From IMG/VR virus record IMGVR_UViG_3300045988_122521: a DNA stretch of 64,000 nucleotides. One strand, given 5' to 3'. The notes beneath the pieces were generated by a model that worked only from the letters and a program-made list of their open reading frames with translations, was not told the origin of the DNA and ran no database searches. Origin of the DNA: a virus. Both the position numbers and the translations under genes were made by a program. Shown here one piece after another: positions 19,098-28,343 of the stretch. Each line of letters begins with the position of its first letter. The first letter of the stretch is position 1.

Positions 19098-19374
19098 TCT
19101 GCTCCTCCCCCACCGCCACGGCCTTGGCAAACTGCGCCAGTCCCTCGCTCATCTCCTCGATCTGCGCATCCCGCCGCAGTACGGTATCCCGCAGGGCGGC
19201 GTTAGCCTGCAACAGTGCCTCGATGTGTCGCTGCTGGTTCTCGATCAGGTCAGCGGCAGCGGACTTTAGCGGTGGCAGACATACTTCCACCCTGTACATC
19301 GGACACTTGAGGCAGTCGTCGCATTTTTCGGTCGCACAGCACCGCAGCGCGGTCACGATCTCGTCCCTTGTCAT
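19078..19374 (-). CDS. Hypothetical protein, paralog of 18326..18598
   Basis: 98 aa. See the paralog entry. Confidence 0.5.
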   Translation of the reverse strand: MTRDEIVTALRCCATEKCDDCLKCPMYRVEVCLPPLKSAAADLIENQQRHIEALLQANAALRDTVLRRDAQIEEMSEGLAQFAKAVAVGEEQNGKEDT

Positions 19375-19375
19375 G

Positions 19376-21316
19376 TCATTCCTCCTCCGGAAAATGTTTC
19401 TTCGTCACGGCGATGGGAAACGGCTCGATCTCGCTTGCCCACAGCGCCGTGCCTTTTCCATGTATGCGCTCCCAGATCAGCGGGAAACCTGCGATGCCGT
19501 CGAACAAGCTCCCCAGCGTCGCGCCCTCCGGCAGATACCGCGCCATACGCCGCAGCATCCAGTCCCAGAAGGGCAGGGCGATGGAGTTACCCAGTGCCTT
19601 GTACCGTGGGCTGTCCGCACTTCCTTTCGCTTTTATTTCGCGCCCGCGTTTATCTGTTTTAACCCAATCTCCGATGTCCGTCCATCCGTCCGGGAAACCC
19701 TGCAGCCGTTCGCATTCCATCGGTGTCAGGCGGCGCACGACCATGTGTGTGATAGCAAGGTCTGTGCTGTCCTTAAAGTCCCGTTGCTTGCAACTGCTTG
19801 CAACCTCGGCGGCGCGGTAATCTCCAAACCCATTCATCTGGTATGTCAGCGGCACTTGGTTTCCGCCCGTGCCCATCCTCGCCTGCAAACTGGGGGCCTG
19901 CTCCCCACACTCGCGGATGACGTCACAGGCGTGTGTCATGTCCAGCGCCACCACTGCGGGCTTATTCCCGCCGCACTCGGCGTTCAGTGTAGGAGACAGT
20001 TCCTCTTGATAGCCGATGCTCCGCGCCTGTTCACTATTGCCCAGCTTAAAACCGGCGGCGATGAAGGTCTGCTGTTTCATTCCCGGCTGTGCGCCCAGCG
20101 CACCAGCTACATCATGGAGGTCGCGCACCTCGTCCCGCTGATTTGTGGCAAAGGCCATCACCGCTGGGGTTTGGTTCGTCCCACTGGGCGCCGCCGCCAG
20201 CACGGGCGACACTTCCTCACCGTACCCGATGCCGCCCGCCTGTGCGCCCTGTCCGGCCTTAAACCCGGCGCACAGTACGCTGTCCCGCGCCATGCCGCCG
20301 TTTCCGCTGCCATCGTGGTTGCGGCTTTCACCGCCGCCCTGCCATCTTGTAGCCTTGTCGTTGATGGGGATAGCCACCACCGGCTGATTGTTCCCGCTCA
20401 TGCCCGCCGCTGCGGTCAGTGTGGGCGCGCGGTCGTCTGTCCGCAGTTCCGCGCCGCCCTGCTGTGTGGCCATGCAAAAAATTGCTGGGTTATTTACCCC
20501 TCCGCCAATGCCACCTTGCAATGTAGGAGCTTCGCCGCTTGTGCCAAAAATACGCTTACTTTGGCAATCCCACGGAGTTATACAGCTTTGGAAAATTGTC
20601 TGATCGTTTCCCGTACCCAGCGTTCCGCTTTTCTCCGTCTGCACTAACGCGCCTTTTCCTCCTCCGTCACACCCCCCCCTGATGCGGACTGCATAAGAAG
20701 CACCTGCTTCAGCAGCTTCGGCAAATCCTTCCCCCGCCTCTCCGCTCTCCGCAATATCCCCTGACACACTTTTGCGCTCAAATTGTATTTGGGCAGCGGA
20801 TTCTCCTCCAAAATCTGCGACAACCGAGATTCTTCGGCGACGCTGTGGGGTCCCCAGACGGATAACATTTCCTGTACGGCTGTCTCGGATGGTTTTTCCC
20901 CAGTCCTTAGCGTCGTGAGTTCTCCAAGCGATAGACCACCCATCACCGTCGATGGCGCCTGCCTTTGTCCATTTCCACTTTTCCGGCAGTCCAGATAGAG
21001 AAAATCCTGGTTCTGCGATACGCGCAATTTCCTCCAGCACGGCGTGGAAGTCCCGTCCTCCGTTGCTGCTGTATGCGCCCGTGACGTTTTCCCACACAAG
21101 ATACCGAGGTCTGACCATGTTACCTGTCCGTCCATTTCGTTTGTCCTCCGCTCTCATTTCTTTCACGATGCGCACCTGCTCCATAAACAGGCCGCTTCGC
21201 GCTCCCGCCAAACCGGCTCGTTTCCCGGCGATGGAAAGGTCCTGACAGGGACTTCCGCCCGTTACCACCCACACCGGGTTGATCTCCGCGCCGTTGATAT
21301 TAGTAATATCTCCCAA
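19376..21316 (-). CDS. DNA (cytosine-5)-methyltransferase, multi-TRD and circularly permuted (motif order IV-VI-VIII-TRDs-IX-X-I-II)
   Basis: Motifs, N- to C-terminal: GGSPCQDLS (IV), YLVWENV (VI), TPQRRRR (VIII). Then five TRD-like xPTL/xPSL repeats, RRLTPMECERLQGFPDGWT, GNSIALP (X), LFDGIAGF (I) and WASEIEPF (II) at the C-terminus. Confidence 0.8.
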   Translation of the reverse strand: MGDITNINGAEINPVWVVTGGSPCQDLSIAGKRAGLAGARSGLFMEQVRIVKEMRAEDKRNGRTGNMVRPRYLVWENVTGAYSSNGGRDFHAVLEEIARIAEPGFSLSGLPEKWKWTKAGAIDGDGWSIAWRTHDAKDWGKTIRDSRTGNVIRLGTPQRRRRISVVADFGGESAAQIQFERKSVSGDIAESGEAGEGFAEAAEAGASYAVRIRGGCDGGGKGALVQTEKSGTLGTGNDQTIFQSCITPWDCQSKRIFGTSGEAPTLQGGIGGGVNNPAIFCMATQQGGAELRTDDRAPTLTAAAGMSGNNQPVVAIPINDKATRWQGGGESRNHDGSGNGGMARDSVLCAGFKAGQGAQAGGIGYGEEVSPVLAAAPSGTNQTPAVMAFATNQRDEVRDLHDVAGALGAQPGMKQQTFIAAGFKLGNSEQARSIGYQEELSPTLNAECGGNKPAVVALDMTHACDVIRECGEQAPSLQARMGTGGNQVPLTYQMNGFGDYRAAEVASSCKQRDFKDSTDLAITHMVVRRLTPMECERLQGFPDGWTDIGDWVKTDKRGREIKAKGSADSPRYKALGNSIALPFWDWMLRRMARYLPEGATLGSLFDGIAGFPLIWERIHGKGTALWASEIEPFPIAVTKKHFPEEE

Positions 21317-21338
21317 GTGCTTTATGGCGCGTCATCTC

Positions 21339-21614
21339 CTAATCTCCAAACACCACGCCGCACTCGTCCTTCAGCACGTCCTTGATGTGCTTGCGCTTGA
21401 TGCGGCCTTCGTTGATCTCCTGCGTGATCTTTTCCAGGCACTCGTACAGATACGCGATACTCTGCGTGTCGCGGCTGTCCGGCGTCTCCTCCTGGACGTG
21501 CCAGCCGCACTTGTCGATCAGCGCCATCGCCACCATGTCCATGCACTCCTGCGTGCCTCTGCGCTTGCCGTCCATAAAGATACGGTCGTCCCGGCTCAAA
21601 TGCTGCTTGCCCAT
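21339..21614 (-). CDS. Hypothetical protein
   Basis: Start MGKQHLSRDD, overlapping the upstream stop (TGATG). 91 aa. Confidence 0.45.
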   Translation of the reverse strand: MGKQHLSRDDRIFMDGKRRGTQECMDMVAMALIDKCGWHVQEETPDSRDTQSIAYLYECLEKITQEINEGRIKRKHIKDVLKDECGVVFGD

Positions 21615-21892
21615 CAGCCCGCCTCCCCGTCGCACCGGCGCAGGCGCAGGCTCTCTGCCAGATCACCTTTTTTGTCGTATCTCTCGCGCAGGCAGTTGCT
21701 GCACTCCGGCTTCGTACATGTCAGGCACTTCTCGATGTCCGCCATATTTTCGCCTCTGGGCAGCTGCGCCGCATCTGGGGCAAACCGCCCCCCTCTGCGA
21801 AGGTTCCCCTCCATCCTATCCGCCGAAAACCACGGCAGCACGCTTCCCTGTGCCATGCGGAGCATCCGCGGCAGTGCTGTGCTTCCTGTCAT
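21614..21892 (-). CDS. Hypothetical Cys-containing protein
   Basis: 92-aa ORF with CLTCTKPECSNC. Confidence 0.4.
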   Translation of the reverse strand: MTGSTALPRMLRMAQGSVLPWFSADRMEGNLRRGGRFAPDAAQLPRGENMADIEKCLTCTKPECSNCLRERYDKKGDLAESLRLRRCDGEAG

Positions 21893-21897
21893 GTTCC

Positions 21898-22368
21898 TTA
21901 AACCTCCCTCACGCTGATGCCATGGATATACAGCATCAGTTTTCTTTTCATCACGAATACCCTGTATGTGGCGCTGGCGGTGTCACGAAAGCCCTTGGAG
22001 TCCTCCACCACCGTCTCGCCGTCTTTCTGGTACACAAAATCAGCTACATAGTTGATTGGCTGCTCCCTCGTACCGTCCGGATGCACCTGCTTTGGGATCA
22101 GTGGATACTGTACCTGTCTCCGCAGCCCCGATATTTCGCCTGCCCTCTGCATCAGCCACAGATCCATGTACCGCCGAGCTTCCCGCCGGCTGTCGAAGTG
22201 CATCTGCGTGCCATCCGGCATGGTCATATCCACAGGTTTGGCGTGAAGTTTGTTGCCTTTCTTGGGACTTTGGTTCTCCTGCGGCGTCTGCTGTGCCTGC
22301 ATTTTCTGCAATATCTGTGCCTGTGCTTTCTGGCTGAAGCGGCCTATGTCCTCCATTGTCAGTCCCAT
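21898..22368 (-). CDS. DUF1064-like protein
   Basis: The pattern FDSRREARRY..L....GEI..L..Q..Y.L........YVADFVY....ETVVEDSKG is typical of DUF1064 phage proteins. Confidence 0.6.
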   Translation of the reverse strand: MGLTMEDIGRFSQKAQAQILQKMQAQQTPQENQSPKKGNKLHAKPVDMTMPDGTQMHFDSRREARRYMDLWLMQRAGEISGLRRQVQYPLIPKQVHPDGTREQPINYVADFVYQKDGETVVEDSKGFRDTASATYRVFVMKRKLMLYIHGISVREV

Positions 22369-22377
22369 ACTCTCCGG

Positions 22378-23730
22378 TCACTCCTCGACGGTGCTCGTAT
22401 CCAGACGCTTTCTTCTGGGACGCCGATGGAACCGGTCCACCGGTTCCTCATCTTCCGTTCTCTTGCTCACCTCCATGAATGTCATCTTTGACCCGTCGAA
22501 ATAGAGGTTCACATCTCCGGTGCGTCCACGCCGATTCTTCGCCACGGTGCATCCTACCTGCGTATCATCTCCTGGGTCTGTTTTCCAGAGGAAGATGACC
22601 TTCACTGCGTTCTGCTCCAGCTCTCCGCTGTCTCGCAGAGAGGACAGCTTGGGCTTGTCCGTCTCGTTTACCGTGCGGGACAACTGCGCCGCCGCCACAA
22701 TGGGTATCTCCATCTCCGATGCCAGCAGTTTCAGTTCTCTGCTGATGCCGCCCAGTTCCAGATTTCGGTTTTCGGCCCGCTTGTCTTTTTCACCGATCAT
22801 CAAGCCCAGATAGTCCACCACGATCATTTTCAGATCCTCGATGCCCAGCGCCAGCTCTCGGATACGGCTCACCGTCACGTCCGGCCCATCGTAAAAATAG
22901 ATTGGCAGTTTCGATTCCACGCTGGCGGTATAGGCGATGTTCATCCACAACTCCTCGTCCGTCTCCGGAACGCCGTCAATGAGCTGATCCATGGTCACAC
23001 CCGCTGTCCGCTTGGCCAACAGGCGCTCTCCCACCTCTCCAGCCAGCATCTCCGCCGTGATGTGTAGCACAGTCTTCCCTTTTCGTGCAGCAGCCTCCGC
23101 CATCTCCATGCACATGGCACTCTTGCCGCACCCCGGCCGCGCTCCCACGAGGATCAACTGTCCAGGCCACAAGCCTTTCAGGGTCGCATCCAGCAGCGGG
23201 AACCCCGTGTCGATACGTCCCTCCTTTTTGCCGGAGATGCTGTCCATGGCCTCGCTCATGGCATCCGCCATGGTTTTCAGCCGTCCGCCCCGCCGCGCTT
23301 TCATCTTCTGGTGGCAGATAGCCGCCACAGCCGCCTGCGGATCTTCTTCGTTCTGGAGCGCTTCCGTTACACGCTCACAAAACCGTTCGTTTTCAGCCGC
23401 TTTATGTATCAGCTGTGCGTGGAGCTCTGCGTTGGCGGTGGTCACGGTGATCTCACTGCACTGCCGCAGGAACTGCAGCGGCTCTGCGACCATATCCTTG
23501 ATGGCCTCCACGCCGGATGCGATGTCAAAATGCCGTCCTGCCCGCGTGTCCTGCAAGCAGCGGTCAAACACAGCCCCGCATACCGACAGGCTGAAATCGT
23601 CCTTCTCCACCAGCTCGGCCAACTTCCGCACCAGCTCCGGTTTCTGCAAGAGGACACCCACCAGCAGATATTCCATCTCCGCGGTGTCCCTGTGGCGGAG
23701 CATCGGCGCAGGCATTATCTCGTTTGCCAT
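22378..23730 (-). CDS. dnaB: Replicative DNA helicase DnaB
   Basis: 450 aa. Walker A GARPGCGKSAMCME, plus IVVDYLGLM and SRELKLLASEMEIPIVAAAQLSR. Confidence 0.9.
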   Translation of the reverse strand: MANEIMPAPMLRHRDTAEMEYLLVGVLLQKPELVRKLAELVEKDDFSLSVCGAVFDRCLQDTRAGRHFDIASGVEAIKDMVAEPLQFLRQCSEITVTTANAELHAQLIHKAAENERFCERVTEALQNEEDPQAAVAAICHQKMKARRGGRLKTMADAMSEAMDSISGKKEGRIDTGFPLLDATLKGLWPGQLILVGARPGCGKSAMCMEMAEAAARKGKTVLHITAEMLAGEVGERLLAKRTAGVTMDQLIDGVPETDEELWMNIAYTASVESKLPIYFYDGPDVTVSRIRELALGIEDLKMIVVDYLGLMIGEKDKRAENRNLELGGISRELKLLASEMEIPIVAAAQLSRTVNETDKPKLSSLRDSGELEQNAVKVIFLWKTDPGDDTQVGCTVAKNRRGRTGDVNLYFDGSKMTFMEVSKRTEDEEPVDRFHRRPRRKRLDTSTVEE

Positions 23731-23737
23731 GATCGTC

Positions 23738-24832
23738 TCACTCCTCCTTCACCGGCCCCTGCTCTTTTACCATGTCGGCGAATATCTCGTTGAAGTACCG
23801 TTTCAGGTCAAAGGTGCTCTGCACTTTCTTCCCCCACCACGGGCTGTTCAGTGCGAAATAGAGTACGTTGTCCACCGTATCCCACGCCACACCGTTCTGC
23901 TCGTGAAGTTCGTCCAGCGCCGCGGCCTGCCTTTGCATCTCTGCTTCGGTGGGATTTGCCCTGCCTGGGTTATCTCGGGCCTTTTCCTTGGCGAGGTACT
24001 GTGCGATCTGGTATGCTTCGCTGGTGTGGTCAATGGTGGGATTCCCGTCCACAGGTGTGAATTCCTGTGTGTAGTTCCCCTCAAGGGTTTTCTGGAAGTT
24101 GTCAGGGCTGGTGATGAGCCAGTCGAAGCTGGCCACGAAGCCGCGCTTGTTCTTCCCCTTCAGGAACGGACTGTTCTTCACGTTCTCAATAGCTTTCAGC
24201 ACACCGTCCACGCCATTTTCCCGGATGCGTGCTTTCAGCGCCCGTCCCCGTTTGGTCTCCGCCGTGACCTTCATCACTTGGGTCAGGCCGGTCTCATTCC
24301 ACGCCGTCACGATGCGTCGGACATCGCCTGTCCGACACACAGGCTCTTTAGAGCCTGTATATATTTCTGACTCTATCTCTGACTCTATCTCTTTCTCTCC
24401 GTAACCGATTTCGCACGGTGTTGTAACAACGTTACGCTCTGGCTGGGGCAAAGCATTGTTTTTCCGCGCCCGATAGTCGCGCATCCGCTGAGCCGCGGCC
24501 CCTTCACTGCCCACATTTTTCACGGCGTAAGGAAGAAAAACCTCCGTCAAATCGTCAGATGCTTCCGCCAACCCGCAAGAAATAAGATAGCGCAGTGTGA
24601 CTTCCACATTGGCGGGATCTTCGTCCATGTCCAAAGCCAACTCGTCGGCAAACTTTTCTTCCAACCCAGACCACTTTAGGATGCCGTCGTGCTTCATCGC
24701 CATGAGCTGCATTTTCAAGTAGATGATGACGTATGTATCTCCTCCGGCTATCTTCCGCAGTTTCTTGATGCGTTTTGAGGTAAAGAAGTCGTCGTACAGT
24801 TTCAGCCAGAAATACCGTTTTTCTTCTGCCAT
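23738..24832 (-). CDS. Phage replisome organizer / DnaD-like replication protein
   Basis: The N-terminus EKRYFWLKLYDDFFTSKRIKKLRKIAGGDTYVIIYLKMQL matches the replisome-organizer N-domain pattern. Directly upstream of dnaB. Confidence 0.7.
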   Translation of the reverse strand: MAEEKRYFWLKLYDDFFTSKRIKKLRKIAGGDTYVIIYLKMQLMAMKHDGILKWSGLEEKFADELALDMDEDPANVEVTLRYLISCGLAEASDDLTEVFLPYAVKNVGSEGAAAQRMRDYRARKNNALPQPERNVVTTPCEIGYGEKEIESEIESEIYTGSKEPVCRTGDVRRIVTAWNETGLTQVMKVTAETKRGRALKARIRENGVDGVLKAIENVKNSPFLKGKNKRGFVASFDWLITSPDNFQKTLEGNYTQEFTPVDGNPTIDHTSEAYQIAQYLAKEKARDNPGRANPTEAEMQRQAAALDELHEQNGVAWDTVDNVLYFALNSPWWGKKVQSTFDLKRYFNEIFADMVKEQGPVKEE

Positions 24833-24845
24833 AAAGATCACTCCC

Positions 24846-25406
24846 TCAAATGCTCAGTTCGTAGTCATCGTCTCCGCCGTCCTGATCCCACGGCAGCAAC
24901 TCCTCCTCGTCGATTTCCTGCGGCTCCGCCGTGCGCTGAGATACGGCGTTCTGCGTCACACCGGAGACTCCTGCCGGAGATTCTCCCGCGCACAGTTTTT
25001 CCAGTTTTGGCAGCAAGTCGGCCAGTCTCAAAAACACCTCTACCGGCACCTGCAGCAGTGTTTCCAAGGCCCCCAGAGGTATCACATGGTCCGCGCGGAG
25101 TTCGCTCCACACTTTCTCCTCGCCGTCTCTGGTGGTATACGGTCTCTGCCGCCAAGTACCTACCACACATACCGCGTCTCCTTTTTCCAGGCACGCGCTG
25201 AGTTTTGCTGCGGCATTTTCTCCCACGGCACATACGTTCATGAACTGCTTGCTGTCGTAGCCCATGCCGTATTCCACCTTCGGAGTGCCCTTCTTGGGGA
25301 TCTCGCCTATGCGAGGGTCCCGACTGACGGAACCAGTACAGATCATGTATTGGCTCCCGTCAGCCTTGCCCTCTCCATCCAAGCGCTTACGGACAAAGAG
25401 CGGCAT
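24846..25406 (-). CDS. SSB-like OB-fold protein (putative)
   Basis: 186 aa between recT and the replisome organizer. Acidic C-terminal tail DQDGGDDDYELSI, reminiscent of SSB tips. Confidence 0.4.
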   Translation of the reverse strand: MPLFVRKRLDGEGKADGSQYMICTGSVSRDPRIGEIPKKGTPKVEYGMGYDSKQFMNVCAVGENAAAKLSACLEKGDAVCVVGTWRQRPYTTRDGEEKVWSELRADHVIPLGALETLLQVPVEVFLRLADLLPKLEKLCAGESPAGVSGVTQNAVSQRTAEPQEIDEEELLPWDQDGGDDDYELSI

Positions 25407-26422
25407 TACTGCTCACCCTCCCCGAAGAATCCGGCGGAGTAGTCTCTGGCTTCTGCAGCGCTCTGTGCGCGTCTGCGGGCGGGGGGCGTGTCGTTGCTCC
25501 CCTTCGGCTCTGCGGTGCTCTCAGCAGACGCTGTGGGGGCGCCGGAAGACGTTCCCTGTTCTTCGGTGCGGTCCTCATCCTCCACCACGTGGCCGGTGGT
25601 GGGAATAACCGGCTCGGTCTCCATCCCGTCTCCCGCGGCGATCACAGCGTCATCGCCGTCCTCACTGAAGTAACTGCGTACCTCGTTGCTCAGGGGTGCG
25701 TATCCGCTGTTGAGAAGCTGGCGGAGCATGGTCTTACGGCACATCTTGTCCTGCCCGCCGTTCACGTCGTACCACGGCGTACCGTTCAGCAGCTTGCTCT
25801 GCTCCTTGGCGTCCAACTCGCCGTTGATAAGTGCTTTGTACTTGTCCAGTTTGAAGGCCGGAGAATACCTGTCCGCGTGACGGAGCAGCTTGTCCATGCT
25901 CCAATACTCGTATCGGAATGTGCCGTCCTTCAGTTCGAAGTAGGCGTAATAGCCGATGACCTTGTGGGTCTCACGCTCCTCGTCCGTCTCGTACTTGGCC
26001 AGGTTGATGACCGGCTTACCCGTGCGGCGGGAACGCCCTTCCAGTTCGCCCTCGCGTACCTCCACGCAGTCGATGTCCGCGTAGTAGCCCGTGGACATCG
26101 CCAACTGTATGTATCCCTTATAGGCCAACAGATACGCGGCCATGCTGCCGTAGGGCACGATGTAGTAGCCGTGGCCGTAGATCAGACCCATGCCCTCGCC
26201 CCGCAGGCCCGCGGCAATGATGCTGCCTGGGTCACAGGCTTTCAGGGCTTCGCTGGCGCTCACAGCACCAATCAAAGTGCTGGTGAACCGTGCCGCCATT
26301 TTGTCGTTCTTCAGCGCCCGCGAGATCATCTGCTGCGTGTTGGGGGCCGTGATGGCCATGCTGAAAGTGGGCTTCTTGGCCTGCGCCATCTGCGCAAAGC
26401 CCGCCTGATTCTGTGTTTTCAT
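25406..26422 (-). CDS. recT: RecT-family single-strand annealing protein
   Basis: 338 aa with a RecT-like core (..ALKACDPGSIIAAGLRGEGMGL..YIVPYG..). Clustered with a YqaJ-type exonuclease. Confidence 0.75.
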   Translation of the reverse strand: MKTQNQAGFAQMAQAKKPTFSMAITAPNTQQMISRALKNDKMAARFTSTLIGAVSASEALKACDPGSIIAAGLRGEGMGLIYGHGYYIVPYGSMAAYLLAYKGYIQLAMSTGYYADIDCVEVREGELEGRSRRTGKPVINLAKYETDEERETHKVIGYYAYFELKDGTFRYEYWSMDKLLRHADRYSPAFKLDKYKALINGELDAKEQSKLLNGTPWYDVNGGQDKMCRKTMLRQLLNSGYAPLSNEVRSYFSEDGDDAVIAAGDGMETEPVIPTTGHVVEDEDRTEEQGTSSGAPTASAESTAEPKGSNDTPPARRRAQSAAEARDYSAGFFGEGEQ

Positions 26423-26437
26423 GCTCCTTCTCCTCCC

Positions 26438-27388
26438 TTACTCCTGCGGCACCGGCATAAACCGGATACCGTTCTTCTGCATATAGGCTTTCAGCCCGTC
26501 CAGCTGCCGCGCCGTTCCGAATACGCGGAAGTCCACCTTGTACTCGGGGACATTCGCGGCAGCGGGCATTTCGCAGCCATCCTCGTCCACAAGATCGTTG
26601 CCCTGCTGCGCCTGCTGGGGCTCCACCGTTCCTACGATTCCGACCACCTCGTACTCGTCCAACTCGCCGATGCACTCCGGCTTCAGCGGCGCTTTCTGCT
26701 GCTGCGCCGCCGCGTACTTCGCCGCAGCCTCTGCCTCCTTGCGCCTGCGCTCCTTCTCGGCGGCTTTCATGCGGCTCAGTGTTTCGTTTTTCACCAGCAC
26801 CGCGCTGATGTTCCGGGTGCGGGTGTACTCCTCCAGCAGTGTGGTCTCAAAATCGCTGTGCAGCGCCCGGATGGCACTCAGGTCTGCGCGGCACTTATCA
26901 ATGACCGCGCAGATGTCTGCCTGTGCCGTGCCCTCGGCGTAGGTGGCGTTCAGCCACTTGGGGTTGAAGCAGTCGTCAAAAGTCAGCCACTCCGCCATGT
27001 CGCCCACCACCTGGGCGAAGTATGCGGCCAGTCGGCTCTTTTTCTCCTGCTTCACCGCCTCCTCCATCGCTTTGATCTGCACGTCCAGCGCGTTGGCGGT
27101 TTCCTCGCACAGAGCGGTCAGCTCCTTGCACTTGGACTCGAAGCTGCTGTATGCCTCCAGTGCCGCCGCCTTTGCCATCTTGCGGCTCTCGTCGATGCGG
27201 GCGCTGACTTTGCGTACCGCCGCGCGATACTGCTTGGCCTGTGACATGCTCTCTGCTGTCACGGCCATCGTCCGCAGGGGTTCCAGGTTCTCCGTCAGCC
27301 ACGCTTTCGTCTCGTCGAAATTGGCTTCGATCTGGAACTGCCGCAGGGGGGCCAGGTCTGTGGTGATACGAAATTCCGCCGCGCTCAT
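26438..27388 (-). CDS. DUF1351-like phage protein
   Basis: Start MSAAEFRITTDLAPL. Coiled-coil protein in the position typical of DUF1351, next to recT. Confidence 0.5.
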   Translation of the reverse strand: MSAAEFRITTDLAPLRQFQIEANFDETKAWLTENLEPLRTMAVTAESMSQAKQYRAAVRKVSARIDESRKMAKAAALEAYSSFESKCKELTALCEETANALDVQIKAMEEAVKQEKKSRLAAYFAQVVGDMAEWLTFDDCFNPKWLNATYAEGTAQADICAVIDKCRADLSAIRALHSDFETTLLEEYTRTRNISAVLVKNETLSRMKAAEKERRRKEAEAAAKYAAAQQQKAPLKPECIGELDEYEVVGIVGTVEPQQAQQGNDLVDEDGCEMPAAANVPEYKVDFRVFGTARQLDGLKAYMQKNGIRFMPVPQE

Positions 27389-27621
27389 GCTGTCACCTCC
27401 GCGTCGTACTGGGTAATGTACTTCACCCTGTCCGCCCACCTAACGTCAATGACGCTCTCCGGCAGGTCCACTTCGGTAATGATGGCCTTCTTCGGGTCTC
27501 CCTCGCCGCCAGGTGCCAGAACCTTGTCTCCCGCTTTCAAAGGGAGGTCAGTGCGGAACGTGTAGGATCTTCCACCATAGCCGTTCATCTGCGGCTTGTA
27601 GTACATCGCCTTGACGATCAT
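27385..27621 (-). CDS. Hypothetical protein
   Basis: 78-aa ORF with 4-nt overlaps on both sides. Confidence 0.45.
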   Translation of the reverse strand: MIVKAMYYKPQMNGYGGRSYTFRTDLPLKAGDKVLAPGGEGDPKKAIITEVDLPESVIDVRWADRVKYITQYDAEVTA

Positions 27622-27968
27622 GCCTGCACCTCCTCCGCACCGCAGTGCGCCTTGATACTGCTGGACATCTCTTCGGTCTCGCCCTCCACATCTACAAGGG
27701 AGTCTCCCATAACCCCCATCTTGACGAGTGTATAGGCCATTCGCACAGCCGCGTCATCGGTGCAGTTCTTCTTGACGGCGCGGTCTACGCCGTCAAGGCA
27801 CTGCGCAAGCATGACAATGCTCAGGTTCTCGCCTCTCGTTGTAGCTTGAAACTCCAAGCCGTCATCCTTTTTACGCCCATAAGCCATCATGGCGAAATCC
27901 AGGTTATCCTGCTCACACAGCACCTCGCCGGTCTCTGCGTTAGTCATCGTCATTTTCAGTTTCATCAT
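27618..27968 (-). CDS. Hypothetical protein
   Basis: 116-aa ORF. Confidence 0.45.
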   Translation of the reverse strand: MMKLKMTMTNAETGEVLCEQDNLDFAMMAYGRKKDDGLEFQATTRGENLSIVMLAQCLDGVDRAVKKNCTDDAAVRMAYTLVKMGVMGDSLVDVEGETEEMSSSIKAHCGAEEVQA

Positions 27969-28324
27969 TTGTCCTCCTTCTTGGACACGCTCTTGCCGCT
28001 CTTGCGGGAAGCAGGCTTCTTCTTATCAGCAGGTTCCTTCACCGCCTGCGCCGCGGCCCATGCCGCGTCATCCTCGTCCATCTTCTGGCGGATACGTCCA
28101 TCCGCGTCGGTGATATGCTTCACCGAGCTTTCCGCCAGGCGAACCAGCAGCCCCGCCGTGCCAATAGGCACGTTCTCCGCCACATAGGCGGTGGCGGTCC
28201 CGTCGTACTTGTCCTCCTCTCCCTCCTTGGGCATCACCACTGCGCAGATCACGCCGCAGGCGTTCCGCACGAATACGCGTTCCTCGCCGCTGTCCATGTC
28301 CAGCACGGTCACTCGAAATGCCAT
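27965..28324 (-). CDS. Hypothetical protein
   Basis: Start MAFRVTVLDMDSGE. Lys-rich tail. Confidence 0.45.
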   Translation of the reverse strand: MAFRVTVLDMDSGEERVFVRNACGVICAVVMPKEGEEDKYDGTATAYVAENVPIGTAGLLVRLAESSVKHITDADGRIRQKMDEDDAAWAAAQAVKEPADKKKPASRKSGKSVSKKEDK

Positions 28325-28343
28325 GTCTGTCTCCTTTCGTTTT

